Virus record (IMG/VR): IMGVR_UViG_3300024251_000017
Span: 1-42,467 of that record
Length of the DNA: 42,467 nucleotides
Origin: a virus
Lineage: Duplodnaviria; Caudoviricetes
Reading direction: 5' to 3' (one strand)
A program made the position numbers and the translations under genes. The notes beneath the pieces were generated by a model. The model did not search any database. It was not told the origin of the DNA and worked only from the letters and a program-made list of their open reading frames with translations. Positions 35,629 through 42,467 of the stretch are shown in pieces. How positions within the stretch are numbered: the stretch's first letter is position 1; the number at the start of each line of letters is the position of its first letter.

Positions 35629-35993
35629 GCCGCCTCCAATGTGCACCCACCCATATCAAGCCTCTCGATATCATCCTCGCGCACCGAAGCCCCTTGCCTC
35701 GGCGTGTAAATCTCAATCACCGTCCCAGGCTGCAAGCACTCAAACTTATGCACCACCCCGGCCGCAATCTTCACCTGATCCCCTGGGTTCAACCTGTGCC
35801 ACGGCCCAACCCCGCCATCAACACGCGTGTATACGTCGATCACCGCACTCACACACACAAACCCATTGTCCCGGTCGCGGTGCAAATGCCACGACGAATA
35901 CCCGCCCGCCTTCACATCCAATATGCTCACCCCCAACTTCTCCGACGCAAACACATGCCGCGCCAGCCCCCATACCTTCACCTCTTCGCGCAT
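35625..35993 (-). CDS. Cupin-fold protein (mannose-6-phosphate isomerase type II-like)
   Basis: KVWG, SSWHLH..RDNGF, L.PGD...I.AGVVHKF, IEI.T...DDIER. Confidence 0.75.
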   Translation of the reverse strand: MREEVKVWGLARHVFASEKLGVSILDVKAGGYSSWHLHRDRDNGFVCVSAVIDVYTRVDGGVGPWHRLNPGDQVKIAAGVVHKFECLQPGTVIEIYTPRQGASVREDDIERLDMGGCTLEAA

Positions 35994-36202
35994 TTCCTCC
36001 CCGCATTCACCCTCGGATTCAACTTCGGCTCCAGCCGCCTCCAGCACCCGCACGACTTCGTCCTCCCCCGCCTCACATTGTCCATCCTTACCGTCTTCTC
36101 TACCCCGCACCGACACCTGACCCGCGCCAGTGCCCCCTCTCGCGATAGCACCGTGAGAAAGTCGTAAGTCTCGCCCGCCCCGGAACATCGCACCTCACTC
36201 AT
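35978..36202 (-). pseudogene. N-terminal fragment of an HNH/AP2-type homing endonuclease
   Basis: GE.Y..LTV...CRCG..K.V....VR.G.TKSCGC domain with no nuclease part. Confidence 0.55.
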
Positions 36203-36425
36203 TCCGGATTTATTGTCAGCCTGCCATCGGGCATGGGCAGAGTGAGGAGTGGACTGTTGTCGTGGACATCCCCCCCCCTGGGCGCCGCTTTCTCTCCCGC
36301 GCCGGCCTCTGAAAGAGATTCCTTGCTAGGAAGATCGCTGGCAAGCATGCTTTCCGCGCGCGCATCGTTGTTCGTATAATGCATATTGTGTAAAGTCCGA
36401 TTGCTGCGCGTGTTGTTGTGTGCGT

Positions 36426-36911
36426 TCAATCGCTTGCGTCTATTTGTAACAGATTATCACTGCACTGCACAGTAACGTTGGCCTTGGAATCGAGCGATTG
36501 CTGCGGTGCTTTGCGGTTGATTCCGATCACGATCTGCACACCGGCTCCGCCCGAAGACTGCTGGCGCTGCCCCCATCGATCAGGAAACTCACGCTCAGCG
36601 AACCATTGGTTAGCGCGCAGTTCTGCCTCGATCACCCGCGCGAGATTACCCTGCGCTTTCGAGAGTCCAATCGGCTCTCCGCTTTGCTGATCGAAGCCTT
36701 TTGCGGCGACACTGGCGAGTTTGTTGGTAGAGCGCAGCAGGCGCAGTTCTGTGCCGAGTTCGCGTGCTGCCTGGTATTCTGGGTCAGTTGCCAAATGCTT
36801 GCTAATATTTGGTGCGGCGACGCCGAGGCTATCGGCGATTTTGTCGAGTGTTTCGCCGGCGGAGATGCGCTGGATTACTTCTTTGCGGTGCTGGAGGGCG
36901 ATGGCTGTCAT
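36426..36911 (-). CDS. terS: Terminase small subunit
   Basis: N-terminal HTH (RISAGETL..IA..LGV), W.AER..P.RWG, VQIVIGI; upstream of TerL. Confidence 0.75.
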   Translation of the reverse strand: MTAIALQHRKEVIQRISAGETLDKIADSLGVAAPNISKHLATDPEYQAARELGTELRLLRSTNKLASVAAKGFDQQSGEPIGLSKAQGNLARVIEAELRANQWFAEREFPDRWGQRQQSSGGAGVQIVIGINRKAPQQSLDSKANVTVQCSDNLLQIDASD

Positions 36912-37137
36912 GGTGATGGGAAAAGTCCGAATCTCACCGTGAGGGTGCTGGAGTGAAGCCCGCACATGGTATTGGGGCGTGCGATCATTTTGCTGATCGT
37001 GGCCTTGCGCTTGCGAGATGAGCTAGCTAGGTCTCTACTCGTTTTGCGCACACGGCTTCCAACCGTGGCCATCTCCCTTTAGCTCGCATCGGCTTGCGGC
37101 GCGCCTTTGCGACGGTCGGCTATTCCGCCTGGTTCGG

Positions 37138-37167
37138 TTTATACGCGCTGGTTAGTGCCGGTGTCAA
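37138..37167 (-). promoter_or_regulatory. Putative late-operon promoter
   Basis: TTGACA-N18-TATAAA on the minus strand, ~230 nt upstream of terS. Confidence 0.5.
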
Positions 37168-37472
37168 GCGATGGGCCGCAAATTGCGTACAAAAGTGACG
37201 TTTTGCGGCACGTTTGATAGTGCTTACTTGCGTGGGGAGTGGCGATCTGCGCCTAGCCTGCCTCTGGCTCCTCTACCGCGCCGCCGACTGGTTAGAGGTA
37301 CGGGGCGCGGATAGGCTTGCGGCTTGCGTGGATGCGATTTACGCGCGTTTGAGCGCTCGCCCGTGGGTTGATACCAAAAAACGCTAGCGCGCGATTCTAG
37401 GCCCGTCCGGTTCGAGCTTGACCGTCCGGGCGCTCGCCAGCATGCGTAGGTGAAAAGACTGTTGAGCCGGGT

Positions 37473-37694
37473 TCATGCGCCAGCGCCCCAGCGATACCCG
37501 CGTGCGTAGGGCGAAGGCGCGACAACGCCGGATCCAGGCACGGCGCGCTGGCGCTTGGGCACGGGCGGTGCATTCCTGCGTTCTCGCTCGCAGGCGATAC
37601 ACTGGTTCATGCGGCCATCGGACACCGACGAATTGCGGTAGAACATTTCGACGGATTTAGTCTGCTTGCAATGCGTGCAGCGCTTTTCGGTCAT
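37473..37694 (-). CDS. Small CxxC/CxxC Zn-binding protein
   Basis: CTHC..K....FY......DG....CIAC, ending APSPYARGYRW. Confidence 0.65.
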   Translation of the reverse strand: MTEKRCTHCKQTKSVEMFYRNSSVSDGRMNQCIACERERRNAPPVPKRQRAVPGSGVVAPSPYARGYRWGAGA

Positions 37695-37707
37695 CCGTAT
37701 ATATGGC

Positions 37708-38148
37708 CTATTCGTCGTCTGAGCCAGGTTCTCGGGATCGCTCCGCGATCCGCCGCGCCACCCAATCGGGCATCGGCTGAGGATCGAGGCCGCGTTCCTT
37801 GCGGTGTTCGAGCTGCTTTCGGTGCCACTCAAGCGTGCCCACGGATTGAGTCTCCTCGGGAAGTGAATTGCCGCTGACGCCATCGTTGTTGCCGAGAAAA
37901 AGCAGGTAGCCGTGCTCGCGGCAGTACCAAGGCCCGGAACCTGTGGTGCTACCGGAAAGCACGCCCGGCCGATCGCAGGTGACGCCGTGATTGTTGTAGG
38001 CGCATCGACCATCGGCTGGCTTCTGGTGATTTTTCGTCTCGATGATCTGTTGCTGTTGCTCACGTCCAAGGTCTTTGAACTGGACGCCGCAATTGTCGCA
38101 TTCGACCAAACTGGCGCTGAGAACCTTGCACTTCGGACACCGCTTCAT
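37708..38148 (-). CDS. Zn-ribbon protein following the replication initiator
   Basis: CPKC..CDNCG and C...C...WYCREH; ends REPGSDDE. Confidence 0.7.
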   Translation of the reverse strand: MKRCPKCKVLSASLVECDNCGVQFKDLGREQQQQIIETKNHQKPADGRCAYNNHGVTCDRPGVLSGSTTGSGPWYCREHGYLLFLGNNDGVSGNSLPEETQSVGTLEWHRKQLEHRKERGLDPQPMPDWVARRIAERSREPGSDDE

Positions 38149-38807
38149 ATTTGCACGCTCCTAACCTTTGCCCAATCGTCGCGGATGGCGTTCTGGAAAG
38201 CCTGCTCCCAGTCGGCATAAACAGCGCCCTTGGCCTTGGCCCAGCCGACGAAATGGATCAGATGGGCTTTTACTTGGGTTTCCTCGCGCCTCTCAAGCCA
38301 TGTCTGCATAGAGGGCGACCATGATTCCCCGAAACCATCCGGCAAAGACACAGGCGCGGAGCGCTTGGCGCGACGCGAGGTGTGTTTCTTTGGTGGTGGT
38401 ATTGGTGGTTCTGATTCTGATGGTGATTCTGGTTCGTTCAGCGCTCGTTGAGCGGTCGTTGAACGCTCGTTGCCTGCTCGTTTAGCTGCCGATGCGCGAC
38501 CGGCGTCTACTCGTTGCTGATAGAGTGCTTTTGCCCTGTCAAGCTCGGCATCCACGCGCTTTTGCCGATAAGCTACCCCATTCTTTTGCCAAAACTCCAT
38601 GAGGGTCGATCTGGATCCGGCCCACTGCTCAGGGGACAGTTTGCCAATCTTCCGCAATCGCTCGTCATCCAAAGGCAGCGCCCCCTGGTGTTGCCAGGCA
38701 TGCGCCAGCATCATCATGTACGCGCCGTGCTCATGCGCTTCAAGGTGCGCCGTGTCTCGGAGGTAATCACCAATGAACCAAGGCATGTAAGAGCTTATTT
38801 CGCTCAC
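38145..38807 (-). CDS. Replication initiator, DUF1376/YdaU family
   Basis: YMPWFIGDYL.DT.HL...EHGAY..L...W...LP.D...L; QKR...EL. Confidence 0.85.
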   Translation of the reverse strand: MSEISSYMPWFIGDYLRDTAHLEAHEHGAYMMMLAHAWQHQGALPLDDERLRKIGKLSPEQWAGSRSTLMEFWQKNGVAYRQKRVDAELDRAKALYQQRVDAGRASAAKRAGNERSTTAQRALNEPESPSESEPPIPPPKKHTSRRAKRSAPVSLPDGFGESWSPSMQTWLERREETQVKAHLIHFVGWAKAKGAVYADWEQAFQNAIRDDWAKVRSVQI

Positions 38808-38812
38808 GATTC

Positions 38813-38970
38813 TTAGCGACCGATTTTTACCAAGTGATCGAAATTCGGGTTTTCCAAAACGTCAGCCGGCGAAATGCGAAAAAACTCGCGGTGAATTGCG
38901 CGCTTTGCATTACCTCAAGACGCCTGCGCTGCCATCGCGGATCGCGCAGCTTCTCAGCGTAACTCGCCAC
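38813..38970 (-). pseudogene. Collapsed endonuclease remnant (HNH N-terminus plus T5orf172-like tail)
   Basis: GTG 38970: MASYAEKLRDPRWQRRRLEVMQSAQFT, then an abrupt loss of CxxC/HNH; a shifted frame reads HREFFRIS... Confidence 0.5.
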
Positions 38971-38976
38971 TATGGA

Positions 38977-39162
38977 CTACTCCCCGAGTTGTTTTTCTGC
39001 TCTTGGCCTGCCGTTAGTGGTTTTCCCGCGCTCAATCCGCAGGTGCTCCAGTACCCATATTGGCCCGATGCGACGCGCTGCCATGCGGCCAGCCTGGATC
39101 AACTGGCGCACGCGCTGCTCGCTCAATCCCAGTGCTATAGCGGCTTGCGGTACGGTATGCAT
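38977..39162 (-). CDS. Excisionase-like HTH (HTH_17) DNA-binding protein
   Basis: TVPQAA..LGLS.QRVRQLI.AGR..A.RIG..W...GRP. Confidence 0.8.
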   Translation of the reverse strand: MHTVPQAAIALGLSEQRVRQLIQAGRMAARRIGPIWVLEHLRIERGKTTNGRPRAEKQLGE

Positions 39163-39168
39163 GATGGC

Positions 39169-39267
39169 AGTATATCGATGTGCTAGCGATGCCGCAAGAA
39201 GGCTAATTGTAACAATTTGTAAAAGTCTGAGAAAGGGCTTGCGTTGGCGAAATAGATACCCCATACT
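39169..39267. promoter_or_regulatory. Divergent sigma70 promoter pair
   Basis: Leftward TTGCGG-N17-TATACT, 6 nt before ATG 39162 (leaderless); rightward TTGCGT-N17-CATACT at 39239-39267. Confidence 0.65.
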
Positions 39268-39287
39268 CCCGAAACCGGAGAACGAAT

Positions 39288-39479
39288 ATGAACTCGATCC
39301 GCATCAGCATCAAATCAGTTTACGGCGAAGACAAGATTTACCCGGCATGCGAGAAAGCGCAAGCGTTCGCCGACATCGCCGGCACCAAGACCCTGACAGA
39401 ACAAACTCTGCGCGGTATCCGCAAGCTCGGCTACGAAATCGTCATACAGTCACCCGCAGGCCTTCGCATCGCCGCCTAA
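39288..39479 (+). CDS. Small hypothetical protein
   Basis: GGAG RBS; K.VYG...IYP.CE.A..FA.IAGTKTLT......I..LGY. Confidence 0.75.
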   Translation: MNSIRISIKSVYGEDKIYPACEKAQAFADIAGTKTLTEQTLRGIRKLGYEIVIQSPAGLRIAA

Positions 39480-39514
39480 CCGCCGCACCAGACAACGCAG
39501 CATCGGGAGAAATC

Positions 39515-40156
39515 ATGCTCTACGAAATCAAATCGAACTTTGACGGCCGCGTTCTCTTCTCGCTCGAATGCGGATCGCTGAAACTTTGCCTTGAGGCCGC
39601 GGTTAAAGCGGGTGCCAATCTCACGGATGCCTATCTCGCTCTCGCGGATGCCAATCTCGCGGGTGCCTATCTCGCGGATGCCAATCTCGCGGGTGCCTAT
39701 CTCGCGGGTGCCAATCTCACGGATGCCTATCTCGCGGATGCCAATCTCGCGGGTGCCTATCTCGCGGGTGCCAATCTCACGGATGCCTATCTCGCGGATG
39801 CCAATCTCACGGGTGCCAATCTCGCGGATGCCAATCTCACGGGTGCCAATCTCGCGGGTGCCAATCTCACGGATGCCTATCTCGCGGATGCCTATCTCGC
39901 GGGTGCCTATCTCGCGGGTGCCAATCTCGCGGATGCCAATCTCACGGGTGCCAAAGCGGTAATAGATGCTGGCACGCCGAACGGATGGCGTTGCGTCGCG
40001 TGGTTCAACGGAGCAATCCAGCTGCGCGTCGGCTGTCGTAATAAGACGCTAGCGGAGGGGCGCGAATATTGGGCCGGCAAGGAAGATCGGCGCGAAGTGA
40101 TAGCAGCGCTAGATTACATTGAGTCCGTCGCCAAAATTCGAGGATGGATTGACTAA
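39515..40156 (+). CDS. Pentapeptide-repeat protein
   Basis: GGGAG RBS; about 22 A(N/Y)L(A/T)(G/D) repeats; C-terminal LRVGC domain. Confidence 0.9.
   Translation: MLYEIKSNFDGRVLFSLECGSLKLCLEAAVKAGANLTDAYLALADANLAGAYLADANLAGAYLAGANLTDAYLADANLAGAYLAGANLTDAYLADANLTGANLADANLTGANLAGANLTDAYLADAYLAGAYLAGANLADANLTGAKAVIDAGTPNGWRCVAWFNGAIQLRVGCRNKTLAEGREYWAGKEDRREVIAALDYIESVAKIRGWID
39610..39952 (+). repeat. 15-bp tandem repeat array encoding the pentapeptides
   Basis: GG(G/A)TGCC(A/T)ATCTC(G/A)C units, with one 6-nt in-frame insertion near 39635-39646. Confidence 0.9.
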
Positions 40157-40181
40157 CCGCAGCAGCTACCCGGAGATGAGC

Positions 40182-40475
40182 ATGACCGCACGCACACAGA
40201 GAATTACGGAACTGAAGCGTATCCTGCAGGAATATAGCGCTGAACTTGCCAAGCTCGAAACCGAGGAAGCAAACGATCGCGCGCAGTTCAAGCCAGGAAC
40301 AATCATCGAGTGGGGACAGCGCCAGATTCGCCGAGGACGCGTTGAGCGAGCCATTATGCGATGGGGCGGAGTAGATGTAGACTACATGGTTACTCGCATT
40401 CTCAAAGATGGCAAAGAGAAGACACAGCAATGCATCTACGCATGGGAGAATCCGAGGCCCGCTACGAAGCCCTAG
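40182..40475 (+). CDS. Hypothetical protein
   Basis: GGAG RBS; converges on VRR-NUC with a 4-nt stop overlap. Confidence 0.7.
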   Translation: MTARTQRITELKRILQEYSAELAKLETEEANDRAQFKPGTIIEWGQRQIRRGRVERAIMRWGGVDVDYMVTRILKDGKEKTQQCIYAWENPRPATKP

Positions 40476-40993
40476 GACTCGACGTACCCGCGAATCGCTC
40501 TGATAGCCTCGTCAGCGCCTTTGCAGATCACAACGTTGTAGCCCTGTCTGCGCAGTAGGTCGGCCATTTCCAGTTGCTCAGGGGCCGTTTTTGAGCCTTT
40601 GGTGCGCTTCATTTCGAGGAAGAGGCCGTGGAATGCAATGTCGATATAGTGAATCGGTACCGGTGGCGTCTCTTTGCGCAGTTTCGGTAAGCGCGAGCCT
40701 TTGACGGTTTTTGGCATTGCCAGCATCAAATCCGGCGTCCCTGGTTGCATGCCCTCGTTGATGGCATGCTGGTAAGCCGCCGCGGGATTGCGCGCCGATC
40801 TGATATGCTTCTGCGCGTTCGGAATAGCTATAAGCAGGCGCACGTCCAAGCCGCGCGTGCGCGCATAGGACTGCCACCATTGCACCACTGCGGCCTGCTC
40901 CTGATGCTCTGTGGGAATCGGTCTAGCGACCCTACGCATGCTCCGATGATGACCGGATTTGGCATCATAGCGGCAGCACCAACTGCGGGTCAT
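40472..40993 (-). CDS. VRR-NUC domain nuclease (resolvase-like)
   Basis: EH.EQ, AIPN, EG...G.PDL, LFLEMK, EQ.....L...GY. Confidence 0.85.
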   Translation of the reverse strand: MTRSWCCRYDAKSGHHRSMRRVARPIPTEHQEQAAVVQWWQSYARTRGLDVRLLIAIPNAQKHIRSARNPAAAYQHAINEGMQPGTPDLMLAMPKTVKGSRLPKLRKETPPVPIHYIDIAFHGLFLEMKRTKGSKTAPEQLEMADLLRRQGYNVVICKGADEAIRAIRGYVES

Positions 40994-41070
40994 TCTCGAT
41001 CCCAATAGTAACCGATCGCAAACGCGATGCAGAGTATGCAAACAAATCCCAGCACACCGATTAGGCTCAC
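40990..41070 (-). CDS. 26-aa single-TM peptide
   Basis: MSLIGVLGFVCILCIAFAIGYYWDRE; GTGA and ATGA overlaps at the two ends. Confidence 0.5.
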   Translation of the reverse strand: MSLIGVLGFVCILCIAFAIGYYWDRE

Positions 41071-41282
41071 TTCGCGCCCCGCCCGTTGCGCGCCGGACTT
41101 TGATCGAATGCTGGTGTGCGCATATGCGTATTGGTAAATTGCCGCCAGTGCTGCACCGAAGGCATGCCCCCCTTGCGCCGATAGATTACATAGCCGTCTA
41201 TCGTGCCCATGACTCTGACGGCGCCAACGCTATCGTGCCAAGCAGCACCTTTAAAGAATCCATCGAGGTCAGGAAATTTCAC
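41067..41282 (-). CDS. Hypothetical protein
   Basis: GTG start with a GGAG RBS; VRVMG..DGYV.YRRKG.MP...W. Confidence 0.6.
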   Translation of the reverse strand: MKFPDLDGFFKGAAWHDSVGAVRVMGTIDGYVIYRRKGGMPSVQHWRQFTNTHMRTPAFDQSPARNGRGAK

Positions 41283-41316
41283 CGCTTCGCTCCGTTGCGC
41301 GCCCAGATATTCGCCC

Positions 41317-41487
41317 TCATTTGCCAAGCGCCTTTTCCAATTTCTCCGCAGTGTCTATGCGCGGATGCTTAGTTCCGCCACTGGCAATGCTGCGAATCGT
41401 GGAGAACGGAACGCCAGTCATGCGCGCCAACTTTTGCATGCTGTGCCCGCAGGATTTGATGCGCTTTGCTAAAGTTCCGTTTTTCAT
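41317..41487 (-). CDS. Cro-like XRE helix-turn-helix regulator (56 aa)
   Basis: MKNGTLAKRIKSCGHSMQKLARMTGVPFSTIRSIASGGTKHPRIDTAEKLEKALGK; first gene of the leftward arm; below the ORF-track cutoff. Confidence 0.8.
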   Translation of the reverse strand: MKNGTLAKRIKSCGHSMQKLARMTGVPFSTIRSIASGGTKHPRIDTAEKLEKALGK

Positions 41488-41494
41488 GGCCGCT

Positions 41495-41582
41495 ATTAAG
41501 TGCAGAAAAACAACGCGGCGTCAAGCGAAATATGGATTGAGCGAAATATCGCTTGACAGCCGCACGGAACAGGGCGCACGAT
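41495..41582. promoter_or_regulatory. Main divergent early promoter/operator region
   Basis: Back-to-back -35 boxes (TTGACG leftward, TTGACA rightward) within inverted repeat GTCAAGCGA/TCGCTTGAC; direct repeat AGCGAAATAT twice; -10 boxes weak. Confidence 0.6.
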
Positions 41583-41622
41583 CCGCAAATCGACGAACCC
41601 CGCGCTAGCGCGGCAAGAGGAC

Positions 41623-41826
41623 GTGATGAGCAAGGGAGCGGCATCGACGGTACCGTACATCGAAGTTGATCGTAGCACTAAGCGATTCGTCGCCGCAGCT
41701 ACCATGCTAGCCGTTCAGTGCCAAGCCCTTCTCACATTGAACGCAGTGAGCCAAAATGTCGCGCCGATGCTCAAAGAGCGATTAAACGAATTCAACGAAG
41801 CCCTCAACGGAAAGGCCGAGTCATGA
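41623..41826 (+). CDS. Hypothetical protein
   Basis: GAGG RBS; first gene of the rightward arm. Confidence 0.6.
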   Translation: MMSKGAASTVPYIEVDRSTKRFVAAATMLAVQCQALLTLNAVSQNVAPMLKERLNEFNEALNGKAES

Positions 41827-42206
41827 CAGCCCCGATGCGAGACACCAGCGCGAGCCTGCTCGAATCTATCGCCGAGTCATTCTGCGATAGTGACACCGAG
41901 TATCTTGCCAAGGTCGCCGCGAACGTCGCAGCACTGCCGCCGTTCGAGCATGACGCGACGCTCGATGCTCCGATGGCGATCGAATTGGGAAGCGCCCCAT
42001 CGCAAAAGCGTGTCCCTGGAAGCGCCGCGCCTAGCGATGGGAGCGCGACCCGCCCAGACGCCGCCGAACTCTATTACCAGCTCGTGCGAGCGCAGGCGAC
42101 ATTGGGCGTAGCGCAGACGTGGATGCGCGGGGACAAGGAGTTTGCCGAACGTGCTCGGCGCGAATTCGATGACGCGAAACGCGCTTATGAGGATGCGTGC
42201 AGATGA
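41823..42206 (+). CDS. Hypothetical protein
   Basis: ATGA overlaps on both sides. Confidence 0.6.
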   Translation: MTAPMRDTSASLLESIAESFCDSDTEYLAKVAANVAALPPFEHDATLDAPMAIELGSAPSQKRVPGSAAPSDGSATRPDAAELYYQLVRAQATLGVAQTWMRGDKEFAERARREFDDAKRAYEDACR

Positions 42207-42244
42207 GCCAAGAGAGGCTGTCGAATAGCATTTTAGGAGAAGTA

Positions 42245-42467
42245 ATGAAAAAAGTCCCGATGGTCGTCACTACCGAGCGCGGCGTATTCTTCGGATACGG
42301 AGAGCCTAGCATTGAGGCGCAACACGTCAGAATCGAGCGTGCGCGCATGGTGGTGTACTGGTCCGCTGATTGCCGCTCGGTCGTCGGCCTCGCAGCTACG
42401 GGGCCATCCAATGGCTGCAAGATTGGGCCGCAAGCGCCGGCAATCATCGTGCGCAATGTGACCGCCA
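42245..42467 (+). CDS. Partial (3'-truncated) DUF6948-like phage protein
   Basis: AGGAG RBS; VVTTERGVFFG...ARMVVYWS....GLA..GP; runs off the window end. Confidence 0.7.
   Translation, partial: MKKVPMVVTTERGVFFGYGEPSIEAQHVRIERARMVVYWSADCRSVVGLAATGPSNGCKIGPQAPAIIVRNVTA

Larger units (their letters stand above)
1..42467. mobile_element. Near-complete podovirus-like dsDNA phage genome (Caudoviricetes)
   Basis: TerS, TerL, portal, scaffold, capsid, adaptor, tail hub and ejection genes lie in one leftward operon, with recombination and replication genes and no host housekeeping genes. Confidence 0.95.

Noticed and set aside
36199-36429. 76-aa ORF downstream of terS
   Set aside because: No motif or clear RBS; it lies in the compositional switch region and is more likely non-coding
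38972-39514. Long N-terminal extension of the pentapeptide ORF given in the ORF track
   Set aside because: It overlaps the HTH gene, the divergent promoters and ORF 39288..39479; the RBS supports a start at 39515
39591-39962. ISR(M/V)P repeat ORF, and a possible CRISPR-like array
   Set aside because: Alternate frame of the pentapeptide gene; the 15-bp units are contiguous with no spacers and there are no cas genes

Overview
The window is a near-complete ~42.5 kb tailed-phage genome with podovirus-type morphogenesis genes. The capsid, portal and adaptor are SU10/DUF5309-like, the tail hub is P22-gp10-like, there are three ejection proteins, and there is no tape measure. Both ends fall inside rightward early genes, so the contig probably opens at one gap in a circularly permuted genome. 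A rightward early arm (41.6 kb to the end, then 1 to 8.0 kb) encodes an SPFH lipoprotein, a RecE-like exonuclease, a Sak4-like AAA ATPase, a PAPS-reductase-like protein and many small ORFs. A leftward arm (41.5 kb to 8.1 kb) encodes a Cro-like HTH, VRR-NUC, a DUF1376 replication initiator, TerS, TerL, portal, scaffold, capsid, tail and small membrane proteins. The main finding is an ~8.6 kb, 12-gene glycan synthesis and transfer cassette inside the late operon, between the capsid and head-tail adaptor genes. It holds five glycosyltransferase-like genes (one TPR-fused), a DegT aminotransferase, two SAM methyltransferases, a nucleotidyltransferase/HAD/GDPD-like trio and one small hypothetical gene, and is a candidate virion-glycosylation system. 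Also notable are a 68-nt tRNA-Ala/tmRNA-like element (G3.U70, A73, intact T arm, no proper D or anticodon arm) upstream of an antisense GIY-YIG nuclease, two other structured non-coding regions, and several decayed endonuclease genes. No endolysin, integrase or CI repressor was recognised. All family assignments come from motif recognition by eye, not database searches.
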